Notes: a model not told the origin generated them from the letters alone. A stretch of DNA of 63,639 nucleotides, filler included, from 6 parts of 6 records of this genome joined end to end with filler, not necessarily neighbours in it; one strand, 5' to 3'; positions 28,797 through 39,350 are shown, counted from the first letter of the whole stretch. Program-made: numbers and translations.

Positions 28797-30134
28797 TTAT
28801 TCACTAAACGCTAAATCTCTTCCATATAATGCAATTTCTGGAAAGATCACAACTAACACTGCAACACTTAATAATATAAAGATAAAAGGTGGTGTCCCTT
28901 TTATCACTTCAATATAGGGTCTTTTAAATACAGCAATCGCTGTAAAAATATCACATCCAAAAGGTGGGGTTGCAGAACCGATGGCCACTTGAAGTGTAAT
29001 AATTGTCCCTACTAAAACAGGATCAAGCCCTACCATATCAACTACTGGTGCAAAAATAGGTACCAGTACCAAGATCACAACGATTGGATCAACAAACATA
29101 CACCCTATAAAAAATGCAATGGAGATAACTGCAAGAACTCCATATGGTCCCATCTGATCAATCCCAATAGAAGCTAATACTTCATTTGGAATTTGAGCAA
29201 ATGAAAGCACCCAAGCAAATGCTGATCCAGCTCCAACAAGGATAAAAACAACGGCTGTGATAAGTCCTGTTGATTTTGCTGTATCATAAAAATCAGATAG
29301 CTTCATTGTTTTAAAAACTATCCCTTCTAAAAAAGCTGCATATGCAACACTTACTGCTGCTGCTTCAGTTGGACTAAATATACCTGTAAAAATCCCTCCA
29401 ATAATAATTACTGGAAAACCAATTGGCCAAAGGGCTTTATAGATAGCGATTCCTCTTTCTTTCCAAGTTGCTTTTGGCTCAGTTGGGATCTTGTTTATAT
29501 ACGCATATATCATACTGTAGATTGAAAAAAGAGCTAAGATCAAAAGTCCTGGTCCAATCCCTGCAATAAAAAGTTCAGGAATAGATGTTTTAGAGACAAT
29601 TCCATAAATGATCATCCCAATACTTGGAGGGATTAAAAAAGCGATATCACTACTATTTACAATTAAAGCTAAAATAAATGAATCTTTATATCCCCCTTTT
29701 TGTAGTCTTGGACGAAGTGGAGATCCTACAGCTACAACAGTAGCTTGGGTAGAACCTGAAACCGCACCAAAAAGAGTACATGCCCCAGCTGTACTAATAG
29801 CAAGTCCCCCTTTTATATGTTTTACAAAGGCCATTACTAGATCGATAAGCTTTTCTGCTGATTTTCCTCTGGTCATAATATCGGCTGAGAGGATAAACAT
29901 AGGAACTGCTATGAGCGCTGCTGGTCTAATCCCTGCCATCATCTGCTGTATCATAAACTGCATCCGCTCAAAATCACCAAAAAGTGCTAAAAATCCAACC
30001 GTTGCTCCAATGATCAATGGGATCATCATAGGAAATCCTAAAAGTAACAACACTATCATAATTAAAAAGATAGTCCATGCTAGATCGATAGGATTCATAC
30101 TTAGATAGTTTAATATTTCACTTAAAAACTCCAT
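28797..30134 (-). CDS. TRAP transporter large permease (DctM/TeaC-like)
   Basis: AVPMFIL, FGAVSGS, LIPPSI, GIFSPTEAA and TPPFG motifs. Confidence 0.93.
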   Translation of the reverse strand: MEFLSEILNYLSMNPIDLAWTIFLIMIVLLLLGFPMMIPLIIGATVGFLALFGDFERMQFMIQQMMAGIRPAALIAVPMFILSADIMTRGKSAEKLIDLVMAFVKHIKGGLAISTAGACTLFGAVSGSTQATVVAVGSPLRPRLQKGGYKDSFILALIVNSSDIAFLIPPSIGMIIYGIVSKTSIPELFIAGIGPGLLILALFSIYSMIYAYINKIPTEPKATWKERGIAIYKALWPIGFPVIIIGGIFTGIFSPTEAAAVSVAYAAFLEGIVFKTMKLSDFYDTAKSTGLITAVVFILVGAGSAFAWVLSFAQIPNEVLASIGIDQMGPYGVLAVISIAFFIGCMFVDPIVVILVLVPIFAPVVDMVGLDPVLVGTIITLQVAIGSATPPFGCDIFTAIAVFKRPYIEVIKGTPPFIFILLSVAVLVVIFPEIALYGRDLAFSE

Positions 30135-30142
30135 GTCTACTC

Positions 30143-30697
30143 CTATAACTCTATAGACTTATCAATATCACAATAAGTATCTGTCACTGTTGTAGAGATA
30201 TACACTTCATCTTCTTGGAAGTTTTTAATAGCTGTAAAAGCATATTGTAAAGCAGTAATAAAAAATCCAATAGGAACCCATAAATAGATATAAAACACAG
30301 GTATCCCTAAAGCTGGAAGTATCCTTCCACTCTCATAAATATCTATAATATATACCACACTAAAGTATGAAAGAAAAAACATACATATCGAGGTGATACT
30401 TACTATAAATATCATCAACACTTTTCTAAAGCTTGGCTTAAATGTATCATAAATGGCAGACATACGGATATGTCTGCCGTTTCTTGCTGCATAACTAATA
30501 CCTGCAAAGGTAACAATTACAATAAATATCATATTAAGCTCATCAGTCACTATAATCGCATCATTAAATACAAATCTACTAATAACGGCTAAAATAGTAT
30601 TTATAGCCATAGCTATGACACCAAAAGCTAACATAAACCCTTCAAATTTACTGATTTGAAGGTCTATATAATCGACTATATTAAAAAAATGTCTCAT
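30143..30697 (-). CDS. TRAP transporter small permease (DctQ/TeaB-like)
   Basis: Four TM segments, VISRFVFN and YAARNGRHIRM; located between the SBP and DctM genes. Confidence 0.9.
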   Translation of the reverse strand: MRHFFNIVDYIDLQISKFEGFMLAFGVIAMAINTILAVISRFVFNDAIIVTDELNMIFIVIVTFAGISYAARNGRHIRMSAIYDTFKPSFRKVLMIFIVSITSICMFFLSYFSVVYIIDIYESGRILPALGIPVFYIYLWVPIGFFITALQYAFTAIKNFQEDEVYISTTVTDTYCDIDKSIEL

Positions 30698-30709
30698 TTT
30701 AGATATCTA

Positions 30710-31714
30710 TTATTTTGTTGCTGCTTTAAGATCTTTTTTCATCTGAGAGATGATCTCTTCACCACTTTTTCCAGCTTTTTTAATAAACTCTTTTTCCACA
30801 TGTGAAGCTTTTTTTCTAAATGCTTCTCTTTCTTTTTTACTAAGAGTTACTACTTTATATGTAGGATTTGTTCGAATAATTCTTCCTAATCCATATGCAT
30901 CAAGTTTTTGTGCTTCTTTTAAAATAGTTTTATGAGCATACGCTGCTGCTTTTTGGATAAGTTTTTTATCTGAGTCTTTTAATCTATCATAAAACTTCTT
31001 ATTTGCAACTGCAACTGCTGTAAAGTGATTGTGTCCCATATATGTAAGAACTTTCGTAAGCTCATCTAAACCATATGCTTCGATCCAAACTGTAGGATTC
31101 TCTTGTCCATCAACCATATTTGTTTTCAGCGCACCAATAAGATCACCCCAACTCATAGGAACTGGTGAAGCACCAAATGCTTTATAAGTTTCTACTAAAA
31201 GTGGAGATCCTGGCATTACTCTTATCTTTTTTCCTTTTAGATCACTAGGTTTGTGAAACTCTTCAAAAGTTGTTACAGCTTGTTCACCTTCAGGAAAAAT
31301 CCCTAAAAGTTCAAGATTGTGTTTTTGTAAAATATCAGGGAACATCTTATTAATAGCAACTGAGTTTTTAAAGAATTTATCTAAAGCTTTTGTATCTGTT
31401 GGCATAAGATATGGTACAAAAAAAGCATCCATCTCTGGAATCGTTCCACCCATATATCCAGTTGATTGTCCAAGAAACTGTAAAAGACCTGCTTGAGTTT
31501 GTTCCATCATATCAGTCTCTTCCCCTAAACTTCCCACTGGATAGATCTTGATCTTGTGTTTAGAGTTTGATTCGATATACTCTTTAAATGCTGTTGCATA
31601 GATCCCTTGTGGATCATTCACACCTTCACCCATTGCATATTTCCATGTTGATGCATTTAAACTGATAGAGAATAGTGTTAAAAAAAACACAACTATGTTT
31701 ATTTTTTTACTCAT
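30710..31714 (-). CDS. TRAP substrate-binding protein (DctP/TeaA-like, probably ectoine)
   Basis: Signal peptide, DLKGKKIRVM, FGASPVPM and VDGQENP; divergent from ectA. Confidence 0.88.
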   Translation of the reverse strand: MSKKINIVVFFLTLFSISLNASTWKYAMGEGVNDPQGIYATAFKEYIESNSKHKIKIYPVGSLGEETDMMEQTQAGLLQFLGQSTGYMGGTIPEMDAFFVPYLMPTDTKALDKFFKNSVAINKMFPDILQKHNLELLGIFPEGEQAVTTFEEFHKPSDLKGKKIRVMPGSPLLVETYKAFGASPVPMSWGDLIGALKTNMVDGQENPTVWIEAYGLDELTKVLTYMGHNHFTAVAVANKKFYDRLKDSDKKLIQKAAAYAHKTILKEAQKLDAYGLGRIIRTNPTYKVVTLSKKEREAFRKKASHVEKEFIKKAGKSGEEIISQMKKDLKAATK

Positions 31715-31945
31715 TATATGTCTCCTTTTAAAGTAAAATTTCGTAACTAAAATAACATATATACTATTAATATAAAATTTAATAGTGTATTTTTACTACA
31801 TTCTTTACGTAAATAAATTACATATTATTACAATGCTTTAAGAATAAATTAAAACTATTATGTTATAAATCTACATACTTTATGTATATTTTTTACATTT
31901 TTTATGTAATTTATAAACATTTAGTCTGTTTTAAAAGGAGAAAAT

Positions 31946-32425
31946 TTGGATATAAAGCTAAGAGTACCAACAAAAGATGATGCTAAAGAGATTTATAATC
32001 TTGTAAAAGATACCAATGTTTTAGATGTAAACTCAGAATATTTATATCTTTTACAAACAACTCACTTTAAAGAGTATTGTTGTGTTGCTACTATGGATGA
32101 TTGTGTTGTAGGATTTACCTCAGGATATCTTATTCCAGATCAACAAGATACTTTATTTATCTGGCAAGTTGCAGTTGATAGTAAAGCACGTGGAAATGGT
32201 CTTGCAGGAAAGATGATCGTTGAACTTTTACAAAGAGAATCTTTAAAAGATGTACAAACGATACATACAACTATCAGTCCAAGCAATAGCTCATCAAAAA
32301 GACTCTTTGAAAAACTATCGAAACAATATGGTGTTTCATTTAATAGTGAAACAATGTTTGAAATTAATGATTTTAATAATGCTCATGAAGATGAAGTATT
32401 ATATAAAATTCAATTAAAAAAATAA
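31946..32425 (+). CDS. ectA: Diaminobutyrate acetyltransferase
   Basis: LDVNSEYLYLL, TLFIWQVAV, TTISPSN and HEDE motifs; TTG start with AGGAG RBS; followed by ectB. Confidence 0.93.
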   Translation: MDIKLRVPTKDDAKEIYNLVKDTNVLDVNSEYLYLLQTTHFKEYCCVATMDDCVVGFTSGYLIPDQQDTLFIWQVAVDSKARGNGLAGKMIVELLQRESLKDVQTIHTTISPSNSSSKRLFEKLSKQYGVSFNSETMFEINDFNNAHEDEVLYKIQLKK

Positions 32426-32439
32426 AAGGAAAATATAAA

Positions 32440-32493
32440 ATGCGAATATTTGAAAACCTAGAATCTGAAGTAAGAGGATATATTAGAAGTTTC
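32440..32493 (+). CDS. ectB: N-terminus of diaminobutyrate--2-oxoglutarate transaminase (truncated)
   Basis: MRIFENLESEVRGYIRSF matches the EctB start (FExxESEVRxYxRSF). Not in the ORF track because it runs into the spacer. Confidence 0.85.
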
Positions 32494-32593
32494 NNNNNNN
32501 NNNNNNNNNNNNNNNNNNNNNNNNNNNNNNNNNNNNNTTAATTAATTAANNNNNNNNNNNNNNNNNNNNNNNNNNNNNNNNNNNNNNNNNNNN
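32494..32593. other. Artificial contig spacer
   Basis: N44-TTAATTAATTAA-N44. Confidence 0.99.
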
Positions 32594-34033
32594 TATATCA
32601 CTAATGACCCCTGGGCACTGGCCGGCCACCTTAACGACGTCTGCGTAATGAGCCCCATATTTTACAAAGGAAAATTGGTCGGTTTCACGGCCTGCGTCTT
32701 TCATCATTCCGATATTGGCGGGCGCGTTTCTTCGGACAACAAGGATGTTTTTGAAGACGGCCTGTTCATACCCCTGATAAAGCTTTACGACGGCGGGGTT
32801 CTTAATGAGCCGGTAATGGATATGATCCGCTGGAACGTGCGCACGCCCGACGAGGTCATTGGAGACATACGTTCCCAAATAGCGGCCAATCACGTCTGCC
32901 AGGAAAAAGTAAACCTTATGCTGGATGAATATAATCTGCCGGATTTGGAAGACCTGGCCGACGAGATAATCGGACGTACGGATCAGAGCATGCGCGAGGC
33001 CATTGCCAAAGTTCCGGATGGCGTCTACCGGTCCGAAGGGATTATTGAACAGATGGAAGGCAAGGAAGATGTGGTCATCAAGGCCGCGGTTCATGTTAAG
33101 GGCGATTTGATTGAAGTGGATCTGGACGGCTCGTCGCCCCAGGTAAATTGGGGCGGCAACGTGGTTTACAATTTTACATACGCCTATGTTTTCATGGCCA
33201 TGAAAAGCATGTTCGATCCGGAAATACCCAATAACGAAGGATCAACCCTGCCCATGTCCATGAAAGCCCCCGAAGGCTCGGTCGTTAATTGCCGGTTTCC
33301 GGCCGCGGTGGCCGCCAGAATGCAGATTGGTCATTTTTTAACGGAAATAGTTTATAAAGCCATGGCCGAGGTGCTCCCCGACCGCGTAATCGCCGGCAGC
33401 GGTGGCACCCCGGCCGCCATGAACGTGTTTTACGGCGTCAGAAACAACGGGTCCCGTTTTCATTCAGTGGTGATTCGGGGCGGAGGCATGGGGGCGGCCG
33501 CCAATGAAGACGGCGCCTACGTTTATATTTTTCCGGCCAACGGCGCCAATACGCCGGTGGAAATTTTCGAAAGCGACACCCCCTTGATTGTAGAAAAAAG
33601 AGAGTTGCTGATCGATTCCAGCGGTCCCGGGCGCATGCGGGGCGGGTTGGGAAAAAGAGAAGTATTTAAAGCGCCGGATGATGAATATGCAACTCACGGC
33701 CCGGTCAGCCTGGGCATACAGGCCGGCCGTTATCAATATCCGCCTGAAGGCCTTTTTGGAGGAAAAGACGGCGCCAAGGCCCGGTTCATGGTCAACGACT
33801 CTGTTGGAAATCCATATGGCTTGACCCTGCTCAATCCGGGAGACCGGGTGACTATAGACGCCGCCGGCGGCGGGGGGTATGGCGATCCTTTCACCCGGGA
33901 CCCCGAATCGGCGGCCCATGATGTCGCCCAAGGCTATATCAGTGTTGAAGGGGCAAAAAGGGATTACGGCGTAGTAGTGGATTCAGAAACAATTGAAGTG
34001 GATGCAGAGGCTACCAAGCGGATCAGAGGCTGA
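32594..34033 (+). CDS. Hydantoinase B/oxoprolinase family protein (5'-truncated)
   Basis: Frame open from the contig edge: ITNDPWALAGHLND, HHSDIGG, NTPVEIFE, DSSGPGRMRGG and GGGGYGDP. Confidence 0.9.
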   Translation, partial: YITNDPWALAGHLNDVCVMSPIFYKGKLVGFTACVFHHSDIGGRVSSDNKDVFEDGLFIPLIKLYDGGVLNEPVMDMIRWNVRTPDEVIGDIRSQIAANHVCQEKVNLMLDEYNLPDLEDLADEIIGRTDQSMREAIAKVPDGVYRSEGIIEQMEGKEDVVIKAAVHVKGDLIEVDLDGSSPQVNWGGNVVYNFTYAYVFMAMKSMFDPEIPNNEGSTLPMSMKAPEGSVVNCRFPAAVAARMQIGHFLTEIVYKAMAEVLPDRVIAGSGGTPAAMNVFYGVRNNGSRFHSVVIRGGGMGAAANEDGAYVYIFPANGANTPVEIFESDTPLIVEKRELLIDSSGPGRMRGGLGKREVFKAPDDEYATHGPVSLGIQAGRYQYPPEGLFGGKDGAKARFMVNDSVGNPYGLTLLNPGDRVTIDAAGGGGYGDPFTRDPESAAHDVAQGYISVEGAKRDYGVVVDSETIEVDAEATKRIRG

Positions 34034-34194
34034 GGGAAGCAGGGCGGTAAACAGGATTATAAAGGCGTTATTAAAAATTCTAATAGTTGATAATTGATGA
34101 AAAATGACACTCGTTAAAAAAAAGACGCTATAGAAATGAACAGGTTATATTTTGGCAAACCCAAGAGGGGCGAACAAACGATCATACCCGCTTG

Positions 34195-36462
34195 TTATGA
34201 ATGTATCTGCATGATGCCTTCGGGCGCCGGGTCCTTGTCGAAACAACATTTTTTATACTTTTTCCCGCTGCCGCAAGGGCAGGGTTGGTTTCGGCCCGGC
34301 CGGCTAAAATGGGCGGCTGCGTCCGCCGATATTTGTGTTGATCCCGAACGTATGCCGAACCGGGCTTGCACTTCTTTCAGACGCTCCATAGCGGATGTGT
34401 TGCCGGGATTTTTCGCCATGAAGGTCAGCAATGCCTTTTCCAACACCGGCCATCGTTCCAGTTTTTTACCCAGATCGAACATAGCCTCCAGTCGGATAAC
34501 GTTTCCTGGGTCGAGTTCCCAGGCCTTGTACAGACATTTAAAGGCCAAGTCGTCTTCACCCTTTCGCAGGCAGATATCAGCCAATACGGCATGCACTTCG
34601 GGATTGTCCTTACCATCTAATCCGGCAAGGCGTTGAACCGCGTTTTCTGCCAAATCCACTCTTCCTTTGGCCAGGAACAATTTTGCCATTCCCAGCAATG
34701 GTCGATGACTGTCGGCAAGCAGGCGGGCGGCCGCTGCGAACATCCTCTCGGCTTCGTCCGGTTTTGCCATTTCAATAAAACAATCGCCAATTCCCATGAT
34801 GCAATTGAAAGCATCCGGCTCAACGGAAAGCTTGCAAGGAAAAATGTCTGAGGAGAGGTCTTCGGGTTTAAACCCGATTTGGTTCAAACAGGTTGAAAAA
34901 GCATGGCTCGCCAGCGAGTATGCGCCCTTTTCCATGAGAAGAAGGCCTAATAAATAGTAATTCCTATGCCCATACCCCTGATGGATCAACTGCTCACATA
35001 CCTCGATGGCTCTGTCATAATCTCCTGTTTTCCTAGCTGCGTGGACAAAGTATGCTGCCGTGTATTGGGGGCGTGGAGCGCCTGGGCCTGGTTTGGTTAC
35101 TATATCAAAGGCGATGTCGGCGGCGCGGTCATAGGCGCCGTTTTCCAAAAATGCCAACATGTCATCTTTCATCTTGTCCGTTTTTAATAAATCAACAGCG
35201 CCAAAATCGCTTTTACTTATCAGTCTGAATTCAGATTTTGAATTCGACCAGCCGTTATTAAGGAAAGTCTCCCTGTTGATCAGCACATCATAGGGCGAGT
35301 CGACCTCGTCATTAACATTCCATTTAACAGCGTTTTTACTGCTTTCTTTAAGGAAAAACAATCCGCTGTAAAGTCTATACGGAACTGCTTCGGCCTTTAA
35401 TCTTTGAGTAGCCAGGAGAATGTAATCAGCATCGCTTGAACGGGCGGCTTCCTGAAAGGCCAATGAAAGATCTTTTCTTTGTCGGGAGTGGATAAACCGC
35501 AGGCGCCTGTAGTATCCAAAGAAGCCAAGATCTTTCCGGAATTGTTCCTCGCTCAGATCTAAACCATTATTATAAATGGCCGCCCATGCGGGATACTGCA
35601 TTTTCTCAAACAGAGTTATGACTCTTTCAATTGTTTTCTTATCCCACCGAATTACCGGAACGATGATCTCAATACTGTCTTTTTCAGGCCATGGCAACGG
35701 CGGCGTGTCCGCTAGAATCGCCTGCACCTTTTCCCGCAGACGATTCGGGTCGCTCCTTTCGTCTTGAGTAATCTTATTAAACAGGGGCTTGTTGTCGCTC
35801 TCCTTTCTGTTCAAATTAACCATGTCGCTGCTGCTAACCATGTATTCCCCGGTTAATTTGTTCACATGACGTATTTGGTATAGAAAGGCTAGTTTCCGAA
35901 CAATACTCCAGTCAATGAAAACAGCGACCTGCTCGTTGTATCCTCCCACACGAAGAGCGGCTTCCTTTGTGTGCATCAGGCTGATATGTAATATGGGATT
36001 AACTTCATAAATGGTAACTGGATTAAAATCCCTGGAGACTAGAACCTGTTTTTGTAGAGGAACTCGCTGTCTTGTATTATTATCAAAGGCGTAGATCACC
36101 GAATTCATGTCCGAGTAAACAGCTCCGAGTTCGGGCAAGTTGTCCAACTCTCTGGAAAGCACGGCCAAATGGTTCGGGTACCATTTGTCATCGTCATCAA
36201 TATAAGCAATGTAGCGTCCGGACGCCTCTGCCAGTCCCTGGTTGCAACAGGCCGCCTTTCCCACGTTCGCCTTGTTGTTGAAATACCGAATTCTCGGGTC
36301 TTTATACCTGGCGGCGATGTCGCCGACATCAATGCCCCCGTCGTTGATGAGAAGCAGCTCCCAATCAGTAAAATCTTGCCGGATAACGCTTTCAATGGCC
36401 TCGCCAAGATAATACGGCCGGTTGTAGGTGCATAGGATAACTGTAACTTTAGGTGATCCCAT
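34195..36462 (-). CDS. GT2 glycosyltransferase with TPR repeats and C-terminal SEC-C motif
   Basis: VILCTYNR, INDGG, YIAYIDDDD; helical TPR-like C-half; PGRNQPCPCGSGKKYKKCC. Confidence 0.9.
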   Translation of the reverse strand: MGSPKVTVILCTYNRPYYLGEAIESVIRQDFTDWELLLINDGGIDVGDIAARYKDPRIRYFNNKANVGKAACCNQGLAEASGRYIAYIDDDDKWYPNHLAVLSRELDNLPELGAVYSDMNSVIYAFDNNTRQRVPLQKQVLVSRDFNPVTIYEVNPILHISLMHTKEAALRVGGYNEQVAVFIDWSIVRKLAFLYQIRHVNKLTGEYMVSSSDMVNLNRKESDNKPLFNKITQDERSDPNRLREKVQAILADTPPLPWPEKDSIEIIVPVIRWDKKTIERVITLFEKMQYPAWAAIYNNGLDLSEEQFRKDLGFFGYYRRLRFIHSRQRKDLSLAFQEAARSSDADYILLATQRLKAEAVPYRLYSGLFFLKESSKNAVKWNVNDEVDSPYDVLINRETFLNNGWSNSKSEFRLISKSDFGAVDLLKTDKMKDDMLAFLENGAYDRAADIAFDIVTKPGPGAPRPQYTAAYFVHAARKTGDYDRAIEVCEQLIHQGYGHRNYYLLGLLLMEKGAYSLASHAFSTCLNQIGFKPEDLSSDIFPCKLSVEPDAFNCIMGIGDCFIEMAKPDEAERMFAAAARLLADSHRPLLGMAKLFLAKGRVDLAENAVQRLAGLDGKDNPEVHAVLADICLRKGEDDLAFKCLYKAWELDPGNVIRLEAMFDLGKKLERWPVLEKALLTFMAKNPGNTSAMERLKEVQARFGIRSGSTQISADAAAHFSRPGRNQPCPCGSGKKYKKCCFDKDPAPEGIMQIHS

Positions 36463-36599
36463 TATCGTTTTTTCTCCGTTAAGGCGGTCAACAATGGATT
36501 CGATCCCGGCACTTCTTGCGGAGGCTCCATCCGATCCGCGTAATTAACACAAACCTCACTCTGCACTGATTTTCCATATCATTGCACACAGTGATATTA

Positions 36600-36615
36600 A
36601 GCAACATGCATGCCA
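36600..36615 (-). promoter_or_regulatory. sigma54 (-24/-12) promoter for the GT2-TPR gene
   Basis: Minus strand TGGCATGCATGTTGCT = GG-N10-GC, ~140 nt upstream of the start codon. Confidence 0.7.
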
Positions 36616-36950
36616 ATGTTAGGGCGTTTTGGCGGGGCGTGCATGGGCCTGCTAATCATGGTTTTCCAGGTAAATCAGCCTTTCATCTTGGACGGGCTAT
36701 TTTGTAAAAAACTACGGGATAATTGCGGCAGACTGAAAAAAATTCCGACTTTTTTGAGTATCATTTTGAGAATAAATATAGAATAAATATGACATCCATA
36801 TTTCATAGATTTAATAAGCCCCTAGATGTTATCAGGATAGTGCAATTGGTAACGCCAGTGATTCGATGAATTGACGGGAACTGTGGAATTCGTTTATATG
36901 CCTTTGATTTTTCAATAAAACATGGAGGTCATTTATTAATGATTTACTGC

Positions 36951-36979
36951 TTGACAAGAGTTTTAGGACAAGATATATT
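36951..36979 (+). promoter_or_regulatory. sigma70 promoter of tetR
   Basis: TTGACA (36951-36956), 17-nt spacer, TATATT (36974-36979). Confidence 0.7.
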
Positions 36980-36998
36980 TAGTTGAACGTTCGGCTAA
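36979..36998. promoter_or_regulatory. Putative TetR operator 1
   Basis: Imperfect palindrome TTAGTTGAACGTTCGGCTAA at the transcription start; repeated at 37663. Confidence 0.7.
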
Positions 36999-37015
36999 AA
37001 AAAAGAAGATGCAAA

Positions 37016-37636
37016 ATGCCAAAAACAGACGGATATAAAACCAAGGAAAAGATACTGGCGGTAGCGGAACAGCTTTTTGCGGAAAAAGGATTCAATGGCG
37101 CCAGCATTGACAAGATAGCCAGGGCCGCCGGAGTAAATAAAGGGCTTATCTATTATCACTTTAAAGATAAAAAGGACATTATCGTTTCCATCTTTAAAAA
37201 CATCATCAGCGAAATAGAGCAGTCTGTCCTTTTAACCGGGGAGGCTGATAATTCCGGGCTTGAAGATCATCAATTACAGCAGAAAATCAGGGCTGAGATT
37301 GAATATTGCCGTCAGCGCAGAAAAATTATTGCCGTCATGATGATGGAGGCTCTTAAAGCGGACGGTGATGCGGATTTTTTATTTCAATGCGCTGAAATGG
37401 TTATTCAACAGGAAATGGACGGCATCGGAAAAAAAATGCAGGGCGCTGATCCGTTAAACGCCGAAGATCGAGTCCGATTTCTGTTGCACGAGTTTTTTAC
37501 CGGTTTTATTCCGATTATTTCTTTTGTATCGCTGCAGGAGAAATGGTGTGAATACTTTGACTGTGATAAGGATAAGGCTCTTGATTATTTTATCGAGTCC
37601 TTTTCCCAAACCCATATTAAAGGTCATTTGATGTAA
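37016..37636 (+). CDS. TetR/AcrR family transcriptional regulator
   Basis: ILAVAEQLFAEKGFNGASIDKIARAAGVNKGLIYYHFKDK HTH; start moved to ATG 37016. Confidence 0.93.
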   Translation: MPKTDGYKTKEKILAVAEQLFAEKGFNGASIDKIARAAGVNKGLIYYHFKDKKDIIVSIFKNIISEIEQSVLLTGEADNSGLEDHQLQQKIRAEIEYCRQRRKIIAVMMMEALKADGDADFLFQCAEMVIQQEMDGIGKKMQGADPLNAEDRVRFLLHEFFTGFIPIISFVSLQEKWCEYFDCDKDKALDYFIESFSQTHIKGHLM

Positions 37637-37662
37637 GAGGCTAAAAAAATTTAGCCTTATAT

Positions 37663-37682
37663 TTAGTCGAACGTTCAGTTAA
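37663..37682. promoter_or_regulatory. Putative TetR operator 2
   Basis: TTAGTCGAACGTTCAGTTAA, preceded by hairpin AGGCTAAA-AAAA-TTTAGCCT (37638-37657). Confidence 0.7.
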
Positions 37683-37703
37683 AAAACCTTTTAGAGGTGC
37701 ATC

Positions 37704-38218
37704 ATGAAAGAAATCAGTTTGGTGCTTGGAGCGAACGGCCATTTGGGCAATAACATATTAAGAGAGCTTTTAAACAGTGGATGTCCGGTGCGGGCAAGTG
37801 TGAGGAACCTTTCAAATACAATTCCCTTTCAAGGTTTGGACTGTGAGATCGTCAAGGCGGATCTGATGGATAAAAGCTCTCTGAAAGCCGCCATGAATTG
37901 CGTCGATGTCCTGTATCTGGCGGCTGCTGTTTACAGGCAGTGGGCTGTGGATGTTGAAAAAGAGATTATCAACGTCAATATCCAGGGAACTCGAAATGCC
38001 ATCGAAGCGGCTGTTGAAGAAGGAGTAAAAAAGGTTGTCTATGTAAGCACTTCTTTAGCAACGGATCATAACCAGAACCCGATTAATGCTGAAGGATGGA
38101 ATACTATGGTTTCGGACCCGTATCGAATGTCAAAAACCGAATCGGAAAAACTGGCCTGGAGCCTGGCCTGGAAGCATAAATTATGGATGGTTTCCATCCT
38201 GCCTTCCGCGCTGATCGG
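37704..38218 (+). CDS. NAD-dependent epimerase/dehydratase (dihydroflavonol-reductase-like SDR), 3'-truncated
   Basis: VLGANGHLG Rossmann motif, NIQGTRN and YRMSK (YxxxK). Confidence 0.88.
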
Positions 38219-38318
38219 NNNNNNNNNNNNNNNNNNNNNNNNNNNNNNNNNNNNNNNNNNNNTTAATTAATTAANNNNNNNNNNNNNNNNNNNNNNNNNN
38301 NNNNNNNNNNNNNNNNNN
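38219..38318. other. Artificial contig spacer
   Basis: N44-TTAATTAATTAA-N44. Confidence 0.99.
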
Positions 38319-39350
38319 AACAATTGAATCCACTAATTGTAGTTTTCTGCCGCAACTGCATGTTTTTGAAGAAGGGACAGCATAATCTCCCACCCTGTAC
38401 CTTAAGATTGGCATTGCATAATTATCCAGATTGGTTACAACCACTTCCTTTAAATTGCTATCTTTTATCATTTCTTCGGGTCTGATAAACTCAACGACAC
38501 AGCAATCTTCCATTAAATGATCAGAACCTGACTCGCATTGAAATGAAATCAGCCCGGTTTCTGCAGCACCGTATTCACTGACAAGAGGACAACCGAATAC
38601 ACTCTCAACAATCTCTCTATCTTTATCACGGATACCCTCGGAGGTGCATTTCACCATTTTCAGCCTGAACTCCTTGCCATTGTAACCGTTACTCTCCAGA
38701 AAGTTTGCGTACTGAGTAACCATACTCGTATATCCCATAAGATATTCAGGCTTCGATCTTTTAATTTTTTGGGTAAAAGAATTCAGTGTTTTGGGCTGTA
38801 AATTATATTCGGATTCTCTGAACCGATTCAGTAAGATATCCTTCAGAATCATTTGGTATCTTGAAAGCTTATTAACATGAACCCCCCACAAGCGAGCTTC
38901 CTTTGCACCGGGTTCAACACCATGCCACCGGTGCCCTCTGTACATGGCACCAAGCTGTAGAGCTGATGAAGTCAAGCTCTTGGGAAAATGAAGAGGAATT
39001 CCCGTGGAGCCTGATGTTTTAGCCTGCTCAACAGCACCATTGTAGTTGTCAGCAGTGAACTGATCAAGATTTTGACGTAAAAACGATTTACTGATTGTTG
39101 GGAGCAATGTAAGATTCTGCAAACCAACATCAGATGGTTTATAACCTTTTTCTTTGAACCACTTGCGATAGAAAGGCACGTTCTGGCTGCAATGCTGAAT
39201 CAACATAGATAGCTTTTCTTCCTGAAATTTGACGATCATTTTATGATCCCACCACTGACTTTCTTCCAGAAAACCCAAAGCATCCCATAATGGCTGTCCC
39301 CTAAAATGAGTTATAGTGCGTAAGATATTTCTGGCAAGGGTTCTGTTCAT
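38319..39350 (-). CDS. Phenylacetate-CoA ligase-like (CapK-type) adenylate-forming enzyme, 3'-truncated
   Basis: NVPFYR, KTSGSTG, EYGAAE, TNLDNYAMPILRYRVGD and CSCGR. Confidence 0.88.

Noticed and set aside
36769-36790. 11-bp tandem duplication AGAATAAATAT x2
   Set aside because: Two copies in an AT-rich intergenic region, with no supporting evidence of function.
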